A stretch of 63,582 nucleotides of DNA, counting the filler, from Octopus bimaculoides (lineage: Eukaryota): assembly GCF_001194135.2 (NCBI RefSeq). It is 10 parts of 9 records of this genome, joined end to end, with 100 filler letters (N's around TTAATTAATTAA, not from the genome) between each part and the next. Parts side by side here need not be neighbours in the genome. Positions count along the whole stretch, not along the records: positions 37,344 to 51,280 come from NC_068989.1; positions 51,381 to 59,537 come from NC_068984.1; positions 59,638 to 63,582 come from NC_068987.1; 7 more parts are not named here. One strand, given 5' to 3'. Numbering within the stretch: position 1 is the stretch's first letter; the number at the start of each line of letters is the position of its first letter. Under the pieces are notes generated by a model. That model had not been told where the DNA came from, ran no database searches, and saw only the letters and a list, made by a program, of their open reading frames with translations. The position numbers and the translations under genes were made by a program. This document shows, piece by piece, positions 51,262-63,176 of this stretch.

Positions 51262-52122
51262 AATAATCTTGACGAAATAANNNNNNNNNNNNNNNNNNNN
51301 NNNNNNNNNNNNNNNNNNNNNNNNTTAATTAATTAANNNNNNNNNNNNNNNNNNNNNNNNNNNNNNNNNNNNNNNNNNNNAAAAAGCTTGAAAACTTCTG
51401 GAAAGCACCTTGTGTATAGTAATTTTTCTGGGCATTCTAAAATATTTGAAAACCCGTTTTGGTTTCACTTTCAGGAGAATAGTTCTATCGGTTCAACAGC
51501 CGAGAATTACGAATGACAAAAATTCCGATCCTAACTCAGCAGGGCATACTTTCTTCTGTGCTGTACGCTCACTACTTGAGTTAAGTAGAACAAGTTAACA
51601 AAGTCACATGTCCTATTAAAACGCAGATCCTTTGGCGGAAAGAAGCCTGTTGATGAATTAATTAGTGAAATCTTAGCCGAGATGATGACAGAAAGAGAGA
51701 GAGAGAGACAAAGAGAGAGAAAGACAAAGAGAGAGAGAAAAACAGACAGACAGGCAGGCAGAGAGTAGGTCAGTGAGTACAATATGAGAGAACGCTTATG
51801 AGAAGAGATCGCATTTGCTCTGCACGAGCTGTGTGTGTTTTATCTATTAAGATATCATATAGCAAAAGCTGTTTATTTGTCAATAAACTAAAGAATCAGC
51901 ACATAGTGGTGGTTCTGGCATGGCAGTAGAGTTAAGCAGTACGCATCGCGCCCACGTCGTTCCGAGTTCGAGCACACAGCGCGGAATCTTTGTCTAATGT
52001 TTTCTTTTATACACTTGAATTCTTGGTGTCATCAATGCCTTTTTCAGAGGAATTTAGAAGAAAACTGTGCGAAAGCTATTATATATACATGTGTGTGTGT
52101 GCGCGTGTTCGTGTGTGTATAT

Positions 52123-52154
<32 letters not shown>

Positions 52155-52381
52155 TGAAGACAAACAGGATTAAGCTTGATATAAATATACATGCAGATAT
52201 GCATAGATATATATAGAGATATATAAATACAAATAACTGAATATATTCAGGAGATAAATGGATGAGTATATAAGCTTTGACCTCGTTAAAGACTTCGAGT
52301 CAAAGTTCAAACCATATGAGCACTACTACGTGTTATCTATATTGAGCATCTCTAGCGCTCACCTTCTGACCGTATATATAT

Positions 52382-52973
52382 ATTCTCTTTTACTTGTTTC
52401 GGTCATTTGACTGCGACCATGCTGGAGCACCGCCTTTAGTCGAGCAAATCGACCCCAGGACTTATTCTTTATAAGCCTAGTACTTATTCTATCGGTCTCT
52501 TTTGCCGAACCGCTAAGTTACGGGGACGTAAACACACCAGCATCGGTTGTCAAGCGATGTTGGGGGGACAAATACAGACACATAAACACACACACATATA
52601 TATATATATATACACATATATATACGACGGGCTTCTTTCGGTTTCCGTCTACCAAATCCANNNNNNNNNNTAAGCCTAGTACTTATTCTATCGGTCTCTT
52701 TTGCCGAACCGCTAAGTTACGGGGACGTAAACACACCAGCATCGGTTGTCAAGCGATGTTGGGGGGACAAATACAGACACATAAACACACACACATATAT
52801 ATATATATATACATATATATATACGACGGGCTTCTTTCGGTTTCCGTCTACCAAATCCACTCACGAGGCTTTGGTCGGCCCGAGGCTATAGTAGAAGACA
52901 CTTGGCCAAGGTGCCACGCAGTGGGACTGAACCCGGAACCATGTGGTTGGTAAGCAAGCTACTTACCACACAC
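52382..52973 (-). mobile_element. SINE family B, full length (189 bp artefactually doubled across a 10-N gap)
   Basis: Near-consensus 3' segment and tRNA/CORE head; 52472-52660 = 52671-52859. Confidence 0.92.
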
Positions 52974-54299
52974 TGTTTGTCCATCTGTCTGTTACCATCT
53001 TGTTGCCTACACCAGTGAATCAATCTTGGCGAAGCTTTGCATACACGTCCAACTAACATTCAGTTCAATTACAGGCTAATTGGATTTCAATAAAAATGTA
53101 TAAATTGGCTCCTTTGGTGGGTTGGGCTATTATTTGATAAAATGAGAATGATGCAAAGAGTGTTAGTGTGAGGCAAATGTGGTGGCATAGTGAATGTGGC
53201 TGATATCTTCACATAAACTCAGCTGGTGTAACGTAGTAAATTGAATTCTTTAATTTTAATTTCGGGCGTTTAGTTTCATTTTTGTAATTAGATTTACACT
53301 TAGGGAGGAAGACTTCATTTTTTTCGAACATTTCCACTGCTGACCGAAATAGTACGACTGTCTGAGAGAAAATGACTGAACGGTCATTCCATCAATCATG
53401 CGTCTGCTCGATCAGAGCTGACCTGGGGTTAAAAAGAAAAGAAAAACAATACCAACAGTACTAACGTGATGGTGTTTCCTGGACACAATTGAAAACTAAA
53501 CTTGAAAGGGACTTCGCTGACATTGACTTTGTGACACACACTGTACACATCTGTCTTCAAATCACTATTGATCTGTTATCAATTAATATCGATGAACTTG
53601 TGGAAAATTATTATTATCTTCACATAAACTCTGCTGGTGTAACGTAGTTAAAAAGAATTTAGTGACTTTACTGGAGAGAAATTGAAAAAGCTGTTGCAAT
53701 GTGGCAATGCAGACATTTTGTGAATGCGGTTGAAAAAAGTCTTTGCATTTTTGTGTTGATTTGAAATTTCACTTTTGTTCCAAAAAACACAGCCCAGGAT
53801 TGATACAACAGGTTTTTTTGAAAATAATTTGGAAGAAATGTATTTAGGATTTGTACATGGACAGCATAACATTTTCAGCAAATCGATTCTGGTCATGGAG
53901 AAGGACGATCCAACGCAAAAGTTAAATTAAGCGGTGTGGACTTGGCCACTGGGGTTCGAAATCTTGGCCACTAGTTTTAGATGCCATTGATTGGGTGTTT
54001 GTTATTGTTTGCGACAAGTGTTTGATACTGAGGAGGAAAACAGTGTACGTTCGTTATATGTCTAAGACACACTGAGCAGCGTTTCTCGTGGAGCACAGCA
54101 GACCCCTGCTGATTGTTGGGGTCCCGTGTGTCATGAAAAGGGTACAAATTAATTGCTTTGTTTTATAAAATTCAAGATGGTTTGAAACCTTAGATTTGTC
54201 CGACACCATGGAGAAAAGAAGAACAATATCGGTGCGAACTCTGTTCTATCTTTTCGTTGATAAAAATCATCGTCGTCGTCGTCGTCGTCATCATCATCA

Positions 54300-54540
54300 A
54301 CCGTGGACATTACTGTTTCAAGTCCCAGGTCTCACAAGGCCGGTTACTTGATTTCCATGGCTTTCTAAGTGGACTGAGATCCCAACATTTCCCCTGAACG
54401 GGAACCTCTCTGTTACAAGGTTACTCGTTTACCGCCGAATGAACTGGAACACCGTAAAACGAAGTGATTTAGCCCCAAAACACAACGCACCTCCGATCTG
54501 CGAATTGAAACCAGGAATGCAACATTCTAACCACAACACC
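54300..54540 (-). mobile_element. Old tRNA-derived SINE (V/CORE-like), diverged
   Basis: Minus strand ggtgttgtggttagaatg...ggtttcaattc...gcgttgtgttttggggctaaatcacttc; related to 11311-11554. Confidence 0.5.
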
Positions 54541-55141
54541 GCTCGCCTTCGTTGTGCGCACAAAATATGTTCAGTCATATTTTTTCCGGTCTAATATTTA
54601 TAAATTTGAAAACTACAACCGATGGATATAATCTGAAGGAGATTTGGCTGTTTTTTTCCAGCTTGTCGGGTGACTATAAAGAGGCTCCTTCGTTGTCTCC
54701 TCCTCGTGGCTGTTTATTCGTGATAGTCCCATTAACATACTTCTACCTATTTCACATTTCCTCCACTAACAACAATCTGCGCTGCTGCTTGAAAATATGG
54801 CATTATTTTCTGATGCCACCATCATTATTTGAGTTCAGTTATTTTTTGCACACACCCTGTTCAACAACCCACAGTTTTTCATGGTTTCCTAATCAGCTTT
54901 AATTAAGTCTCTCATGATTGAAAAGAGTGGGGCGGGGACTGGGAATGTCGGCTGTAGCTTCTTCAAAATACCTGTCTGTAAATTTCTGGATAAAATCCAG
55001 GTGAATGTAACAATAGTTTATGGATCAACTTTAGCAAGCAGTCTTTTACATTTTAGCGTTGAATAGTTGCCATTCTACACCTGAATGTGTTACTCATACT
55101 ACCGTTAACCTCACCTTCGTTTACCATTATCACCACCACCA

Positions 55142-55201
<60 letters not shown>

Positions 55202-55612
55202 CCTCTCTCTCTCTCTCCATCAATCACACCGTTTTCACGTGTCTAGAAGTCGTATTTTCAGCCAGCATTCCTGATTTTCTTCGCAAGACAGTCTTGAAAA
55301 GGACAGAACGGAGAACACAGCTGGCATCAATGAGTAGAAATGGAACGCGTCTGCAATCGAATATCAAACACACACAGAAATGTGGCTGAGGTGAGGGGGA
55401 GGGGCGTTGACGAGTACCTGAAATACATTACGTGGCTAAAAGATAGCATTAGCTGCGGAGTGGGAAGGAATCTCAAATACATAATATGGTTGAGACAAAA
55501 TAGCTAAAATCTAAAATTAGGGAGATGATGATGTACAGAATGACGCGCATCCCAAAAAAAAATTTCTTTATAAATTGAAATTTGGAATTCAGTTGGAAAA
55601 AGTAAACAAAAT

Positions 55613-55822
55613 ATTTCTACTCAAAGCCTTGAAACTTTTGTGGGGAAGGGGGCTAGTCAATTACATCGACCCCAGTGCGTAACTGGTACTTATTTCATCG
55701 ACCCCGAAAAAGATGAAAGCCAAAGTCTACTTCGGCGGAATTTGAACTCAGAGCGCAGCGGCAGACGAAATACCGCTAAGCATTTCGCCCGGCGCGCTAA
55801 CGATTCTGCCAGCTCGCCGCCT
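55613..55822 (-). mobile_element. SINE family A, full length with 14-bp TSD
   Basis: AAAGTAAACAAAAT at 55599-55612 and 55826-55839. Confidence 0.92.
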
Positions 55823-55844
55823 TAGAAAGTAAACAAAATGGGGA

Positions 55845-56245
55845 CAGGCATGACTATGTGACTGCAGTCACGCGGTTTCTGGTTCAGTCCCTCTATGTGT
55901 CACCTTGAGCAAGTGTCTTCCACTAAAGCCCCGGACCTGACCAGTGCCTTATCAGTGGATTTGGGAGACNNNNNNNNNNNNNNNNNNNNNNNNNNNNNNN
56001 NNNNNNNNNNNNNNNNNNNGTGTGTGTGTGTGTGTGTGTGTGCATGTTTTTATGTTTATCCACCCACCCACCAGCTCCGGACAGCCGGTGTTGGTTTCAG
56101 TCCTGTAACTTAGCGGTTCGGTAAAAGTAATCGATATAATAAATACCAAGCTCAAAAAATAATGGGGTCGATTTGTTCGACTTAACTCTTGAAGGTAGTG
56201 CTCCAGCATGGTCGAAGTTCAATGAAAGAAACAAGTAAAAAACAG
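55845..56245 (+). mobile_element. SINE family B spanning a gap
   Basis: ggttcagtccc...caccttgagcaagtgtcttc before the gap; gtaacttagcggttcgg...ctccagcatgg...gaaacaagtaaaa after it. Confidence 0.8.
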
Positions 56246-56351
56246 AAATCTTAAACATTGTTATTTTTCCATAATTTACATATTAATCCTAATCTCAAGG
56301 ATTAGGATTAAGCAACTGAACCCAACAGCCTGTTCTGTATGCTGCTTGCAT

Positions 56352-56563
56352 TAATCCTTTTACTATCCTTCTACAAAGCTTGAAATTTCGCGGGAGGGAG
56401 CTAATCTGTAATATCGACCCCAGTGTGTGACTGGTACATATTTCATTCGAAAAGATGAGGGGTAAAGTCCAGCTCGGCAGAATTTGAAGTCAGAATGTAA
56501 AGCCGGACGAAATACCGCTAAGTCTTTTGTCCGGCGTGCTAACGATTCTGTTAGCTCGTTGCC
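56352..56563 (-). mobile_element. SINE family A, diverged
   Basis: atcgaccccagtg...ctcggcagaatttgaagtcagaa...gaaataccgctaag...cggcgtgctaacgattctg. Confidence 0.8.
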
Positions 56564-57543
56564 TTTTTAATCTTTTTAATATCAAAGCCCCAAAGATCAC
56601 CTGTGGTTGCGTGGTACCAACTTTCTGTTTAAACTGATCTAAATTAAGACTTTCCATCGAAATGTCATGCTAATTTCCGTTCCAAACACTAGTTTAATAA
56701 ATATTTTATTATATTTTCCATTATTTTAAAAATTAATCGATGCAATGACAGAATATTTCCACAGAAATACCTTTACAAAAAATTAAAAGTAATCTGGATT
56801 AATATCTTATGGCGAAGTTTCATGTAAATTTTAATGTTCCTAATACCTGCAGGATTCTTTTTTAGTTTCAAAATACATTGAAATAAAGGTAACGTATTTC
56901 AAATAAAATATGGTGACAAAAGAGCTAGGTATATTATTTCTAACTTAACTATTCTATTTTCGTGCATATGGTGTGTATGAGTTATATATTTTACAAAATT
57001 TTCTACCTTTCTACGCCAACCAATGTACTTTCCTGTACATTTCTTTATTGATTTTCACATTACTATTTAGCAATTACAGCTAGGTTTATACTTCGCTGTA
57101 CAAATGTAATAAGACCGAAACATGTCCCGAGTTGTCTCCCGTACTTACTTGACGAATCAAAGCGATATTCAATAATGACTAACACACTTTGCTTTCCACC
57201 TCTTCACTCCATAATTATTTCCGCTTAGTTTTCTGATGTTTCCTGTAATACATATATTAACACTAACTTAACTTTAAGATAGACTTCTTGATTTATGAGA
57301 GCGATAAGGGAAACCCAATTCATTTGGTTTTGGTTTTTGTTGTCTAAAACAGTATAAATAAAGTCAAGATAATTGTATCAAATGTACATTCATTCTCCGT
57401 AAATCGCTAACAGGTGTTTCAGTACAGAATATTACGCTGTTTATTTAGAGAGAAAATTTGATATGTTTTTAGGGAATAAGCAAAATATTAACATAATATT
57501 TTAACGGACATTGACCGATCAAATCAATAAATATTTCACGGAT

Positions 57544-57603
<60 letters not shown>

Positions 57604-57650
57604 AGCCATAAAAATCAGGAAGTAAGAGAGGTGAATGTATGTATTTAAAC

Positions 57651-57858
57651 ACTTGTCATCCTTAGGATTACGGCCGTTTCGCAGCCTCCTTCATGTAATA
57701 ATAATTTCAGAGCATAACAAATTATTTTACATGCCCCACTAATATGTATGCTATGTATTATACGATATAATTGTATATTTGGGAATCAGTACGGATAAAG
57801 AAGACCAGCTCATCAGATCAACAGAGCATTATGGTTACACTAATGCCTCAGCTCAGTT

Positions 57859-57896
<38 letters not shown>

Positions 57897-57974
57897 GTTA
57901 TTTTATTTTACTTCCAAGTCTTATTATTACATGAAGGAGGCTGCGAAACGGCCGTAATCCTAAGGATGACAAGT
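57651..57974. repeat. Perfect 54-bp inverted repeat with 216-bp spacer
   Basis: 57651-57704 is the exact reverse complement of 57921-57974. Confidence 0.97.
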
Positions 57975-58247
57975 CGCAAAATCCCTCAGGTAAAGAGGTA
58001 CTTACTTTAGTGACATACTACTGCCACTTTATTTTTTCACCGGCGATAGTATGTTTATAATGTTTAGTATAATGAGGAGGAGGAGGAGGAGGAGGAGGAG
58101 GAAGAGGAGGAAGAGGAGGAGGAGGAAGAAGAAGAAGATGGACAGCACCCTTAGTTTTTCTCATTACATCACCTTCATTCAGTCGCTATATTAGACTTAT
58201 ATTGAAGCAAACTTTGACATTTTTATTATTATTTAAATCACGGTCAT

Positions 58248-58464
58248 GACGGCGAGCCGGCAGAATCGTTTGCACGTCGGGTAGACTAGCAGCATTTCGT
58301 TGGTCTTTACTTTCTGAGTACAAATTCCACCGAGGTCGACTTAACCTTTCATCCTCTTATCGGTGTCGATAAAATAAGTACCAGTTGAGCACTGGGGTCG
58401 ATGAAAAAGTCTTATCCCCTCCCTTGAAATTTCTGGCTTTGTGCCAAAATTTCTAGCAATTATT
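58248..58464 (+). mobile_element. SINE family A
   Basis: gacggcgagccggcagaatcg...gagtacaaattccaccgaggtcgac...cctttcatcc...gcactggggtcgatg. Confidence 0.85.
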
Positions 58465-58480
58465 CAAGTCACGTTCAAGT

Positions 58481-58521
<41 letters not shown>

Positions 58522-58573
58522 CAGGTGTCCGTACGTACGCGTATTGTGTTTAATTGATTTCCCNNNNNNNNNN

Positions 58574-59320
58574 CAACTAATAAGCTGACCTGCCAACTTT
58601 TAGACTGAAGAAGAAGAAGGCTGTAACAGTTCTTTGAATCCACGTTCCTGAACGCTGCTTCTCACAGTCAAGACGTGAAGACAATGCTAAAAGAAACTTA
58701 TGAAATACTCCAGGATGTTTACGGATTAACTTGTGTGAGTCCGAGCATCATACAAGGGATACACAACCGGCTGAGGGGAAGTGAAGCACGATGAGAAGTG
58801 TGAGGAGAAGAGGTACGTCAGAAAAGCAGGGTTTTCCAGAAAATTCGCAATTTTTTGGACGAAGAACATCCTGTGTCTATAAAGACAATAAGCGCACAGT
58901 TTGGAGTAGGTGTGGCGACTCTTCATAGAATTATCCATCTGAACGTGCACGAAATTGGTGTAGGGTTTGTTCGCAGGTTGCCCAGTAGTAACTAACTACC
59001 TTTACAGAGATGGGTATCAAAACTGGGCCTCGCCCTTCCTACACTCTAGGCCTTGCTTCCTGTGATTTTGGTTGAGCCCTAAGCTGAATGAGAACCTCGG
59101 GGGCAGTCGTTTTCAAGAGGAAGGAGGATGTAGCTAGGGTCCAGGACACCTTCATTTTGGAGGACCTCTATGGGACTTTCACGAAGTGGGTGGAATGCTC
59201 CAACCGGTGCAGTGAAGTCAGAGGATCCGACTTTGAAAGAGATAAGTGTGTTGTACTTCTTTGGAATTAATAATTTTTCTTGACTGAAAAAGCTTGAAAA
59301 CTTCTGGAAAGCACCTTGTG
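58574..59320 (+). mobile_element. mariner (DD34D-type) transposon relic with internal deletion and 3' TIR
   Basis: Frames give MLKETYEILQDVYG, KIRNFLDEEHPVSIKTISAQFGVGVATLHRIIH..GFVRRL (WVPR-like) and EMGIKTGPRPSYTLGLASCDF (YSPDLAPxDF-like). Ends ...ctggaaagcaccttgtg + TA (59321-22). Confidence 0.85.
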
Positions 59321-59694
59321 TATAGTAATTTTTCTGGGCATTCTAAAATATTTGAAAACCCGTTTTGGTTTCACTTTCAGGAGAATAGTTCTATCGGTTC
59401 AACAGCCGAGATCGCATTTGTGTGTGTGTGTGTGTGTATAAGCCATAAAAATCAGGAAGTAAGAGAGGTGAATGTATGTATTTAAACACTTGTCATCCTT
59501 AGGATTACGGCCGTTTCGCAGCCTCCTTCATGTAATANNNNNNNNNNNNNNNNNNNNNNNNNNNNNNNNNNNNNNNNNNNNTTAATTAATTAANNNNNNN
59601 NNNNNNNNNNNNNNNNNNNNNNNNNNNNNNNNNNNNNATTGGTTTGTTTATGTTCTCATAACTTAGCGGTTCAAAAGACACTGATAGAATAACT

Positions 59695-60267
59695 GGTAAT
59701 CTTCCAGTTTAGGGGGGTAAAAAAGTAAATAAAAATATACAAGGGAAATAACTTAACGTCTTACTAGTATCATCCGTACAACTCTGAAATGTGTTTTTTT
59801 TTTTTAGCTGTTTATAAATAAATCACACACGTGTTGTTTTTTTGTTGTTTTTTTAACAAGTCCGCATGGTACTAAACAATCCTCGCAGGTAAACTTATTC
59901 CTAATAAGCCAACGGCGCGCACACCATTCCAACATTTTGTTGTCTTGAACTGCTGCATAATTCACTAATATTCTTCTAATATGATTAATTGACGAGTGAG
60001 TATTTCATTTTCAGGAACGATAAGTTGTTGTGCAGCCGGTCTTCCACGAGGGATTTTCGATCTCTCAGCCGGTACTCTGATATTCAATGACGTGTGTGAT
60101 TTATATATAAACAGTTAACTTCAATCAAATCACGTGTGTGATTTATTTATAAACAGCTAAAAAAAAACACATTTCAGAGTTGTACGTATAATACTAGTAA
60201 GACGTTAAGTTATTTCCCTTGTATATTTTTATTTACTTTTTTTACCTCCCTAAACTGGAAGATTACC
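59695..60267. mobile_element. Long-TIR MITE with 8-bp TSD, Merlin-like termini, inserted in a SINE B copy
   Basis: ~138-bp TIRs starting GGTAATCTTCC (59695-59833 / 60131-60267); TSD GAATAACT at 59687-94 and 60268-75; SINE B sequence resumes on both sides. Confidence 0.85.
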
Positions 60268-61451
60268 GAATAACTAACATTTTTTTTTTAAAGTAGTGGA
60301 AACGATTTGATAAACTAAACCTACAAGGCGGTGCCCCAGTTTGGCCGCAGTTCTGTAACTGAAACAAAACAGCGGAGTAAAACAAACAAATGGCTTAAAA
60401 ATGAACTTCAAGTATTGCACTTATACATCATTCCAACTTGGAATTGAAATGTTTAATTGTTTCTAATTAAATATTAGTGAATTACTTAAATATTCATATT
60501 TTTCTCTCAAAATGAACGTACACATTATTTGGGTTTCGTTTCGGTAGTTCAAGTAACCATTGTTCATTTTTATACAATCCCCATTTTTCTTGAAAATACG
60601 CCGCTGCTCTACAAATTTACCCAGCTTTATATTAATATATTATATATTTATATTAATAATTTTAAAATATCGAATTATATTTAATACTTACACATCAATG
60701 TAGACTGGAGATGAAATAATTTCAGTAAAAAAAATCTTCATTCCGGTCAAACTTGATTTGATATCCACGAGAAAGAATAACAGTTTAAACAAATTCCAGT
60801 TCTTTTAATTAATTTTTAACGACAAAATCGCAAAGAAGACAATAAAATCAAAGTCTTTTGTCAGATAATTTACACAAATCCTTCTAAAGAATGACAAGAA
60901 TACAACATAACAATTCTGCGGAGACGATGTGAAGAAATAATCAGGTTCGAACGATATATTAAAATGTACTTCTTCAAAGATATCTTCTGTTGTAATTCTA
61001 TTTGTATCTTGGATGTCTTTGAAGAATACGCTAGTCTTTTACGTACGCCTTCTGTCCACTATTCAGTTTAACTACCTATCATGGCTTTGAGGGAGGAGTG
61101 AATCATCCATAGACTCCATGGGTCTGTAATTGTGCCATACCACGATCAGTTCATTTGGTTTGTGTTGTTGTTTGGCACACGATTTAGCATAAAATTTTAA
61201 ATGCTTTTCTTTCGTTTTTTTTTTATGTCGATGTTTACTTTTCTGTTATTACAGCTACCAAATAGCCAAGCTTTATCTTTTTCCAAAGAATTCTTTTAAA
61301 TAAATAATGGCGACGAAGAATTTCTTACGTGGAGCTTCCGATGCAAAAATGACGTTTGTTTCTTTCTTAGTCGTAATACCGGAAGAAAGCAAAAGGAAGT
61401 GACAATACAAGCAATGATACATAATACTCGGAGAGAGAGAAAGAAAGAAAA

Positions 61452-61484
<33 letters not shown>

Positions 61485-61696
61485 TGAGTTTGTTTGCGCA
61501 AATTCTTGTTTTCATATTTGATTTCTACACGTTTTTTTTTTACACTTTGTGGCCACAGACTGACTGAAACAAGTAAAAGATACATCTAGTTTGGCATGGT
61601 TTCTACAGAGGACGCCCTTCTATCTATACACCTAAAATTGCATGCACACACGCTTATTTACCACATGTTAACTCTTTCATGACCATTTCTGCACTC

Positions 61697-61820
61697 ATTT
61701 ACTTGTTTGAGTCATTTGACTGCGGCCATGCTGGAGCACCACCTTTAATCGAGCAAATCGACCCCAGGACTTATTCTTTGTAAGCCTAGTACTTATTCTA
61801 TCAGGTACTTTTTGCCGAAC
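61697..61820 (-). mobile_element. SINE family B, 3' end (rest in gap)
   Basis: tttacttgtttgagtcatttgactgcggccatgctggagcacc...gaccccaggacttattctttgtaagcctagt. Confidence 0.9.
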
Positions 61821-63176
61821 NNNNNNNNNNNNNNNNNNNNNNNNNNNNNNNNNNNNNNNNNNNNNNNNNNNNNNNNNNNNNNNNNNNNNNNNNNNNNNNN
61901 NNNNNNNNNNNNNNNNNNNNNNNNNNNNNNNNNNNNNNNNNNNNNNNNNNNNNNNNNNNNNNNNNNNNNNNNNNNNNNNNNNNNNNNNNNNNNNNNNNNN
62001 NNNNNNNNNNNNNNNNNNNNNNNNNNNNNNNNNNNNNNNNNNNNNNNNNNNNNNNNNNNNNNNNNNNNNNNNNNNNNNNNNNNNNNNNNNNNNNNNNNNN
62101 NNNNNNNNNNNNNNNNNNNNNNNNNNNNNNNNNNNNNNNNNNNNNNNNNNNNNNNNNNNNNNNNNTTGTCTGATTTCTAGATTTCTATCTAAATATATTG
62201 ACAAATAGTATAAATTGTATATTTATCATTTCAGAGGGGTTCCAAGGACAAAACACATGTACAGTATTTATGGTGCAACGTTGGAACCTGGGTTTTAAAT
62301 GTGGCCATACCACTTGTAAAAGAAATGTGGTGAACAATTTCATCACTGCCTTTTGTGTAGGAAACTAATTGAGAAAAAGATCATAATTAATTTTTTTTTT
62401 TCTAATCTTTGTTTTATTGTTATTAACTCTCACCTATCTTCTACTTTAACACCCCCCCCACCTCGATCACACACCAATATCAAAATTCCTATCTATCACA
62501 TTTCTGGAGGTTTTTATCATCAGACTGGAGAAATCTAAGAATACATAAAAAATGACAGGAGCAACAATAACATGTTTGTACTTTATTTTCTCTGAGAGTT
62601 GTAATACTGAAAATAAAATCTCTATAAAATTGATTTATAGCTTTTAATCAATCATTAATAGTTTTTATCCGATATTTTCAAGTTCAAGTTTATTTGGGAG
62701 AGAGTTCAGAAATGCAGTGGTAAATTCCTGAGGCGAAAAACACAGTGAAGTAGTAAATCCAGAGGTGAAAAGGGGCAGCAGAGAAATGGAAGTGAACCAC
62801 ATGAGCCTTGTGTTATTTTAGCACCTGTTCAATTCATGCAGAACTGAGAGGGGTAGTGTGTGCAAGTTAAAAATGTCTGAGTAAGCTCAACCAGATGATG
62901 ATTTCTCAGCTATTTACCTACAATGTCAAATATCTTCTCTTTTTTGAAATCTTAGCTAACATATGAGTATTTCGAACAATGGTTTTGAAAATATCACAAC
63001 AGTAAGTTCTCTCAGCAATGTAGATACAGTTGTGGTTATAGTGGATCTAGTGCTACAAAATTCTTACCATACTGTTATATTTTGTTTCCTGTGTGAATAC
63101 ATTCATTGTTATAGAAGTTACTTTTTTTTATAAAACGACTTGATATTGATATAGTTACTGTTCTGTATAAATACAT

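Noticed and set aside
52472-52859. Exact 189-bp tandem duplication inside a SINE B
   Set aside because: The copies are identical, including the microsatellite, and separated by a 10-N gap; typical unmerged contig overlap.
50866-53648. 36-bp and 34-bp direct repeats as CRISPR repeats
   Set aside because: Only two copies each, spacers over 300 bp, eukaryotic context and no cas genes.
57113-57126. GACCGAAAC-AT-GTC hammerhead-like half
   Set aside because: No CUGAnGA-like core or stem II upstream; too degenerate to support.
57669-57821. Long-range hammerhead on the minus strand using CUGAUGAG at ~57821 and GAAAC-GGCC-GUA at ~57680
   Set aside because: Only 2-3 bp of helix I and II and a ~130-nt insert; likely coincidence.
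11255-59593. Nine regularly recurring TTAATTAATTAA motifs
   Set aside because: Always isolated between N runs; a six-frame-stop contig spacer from the assembly, not biology.
47238-62235. Strong acceptors (tttcAG at 47238 and 62234) as exon 2 of the TOM6-like gene
   Set aside because: Splicing from TG| at 32407 would create TGA; other acceptors examined gave no transmembrane-like continuation.
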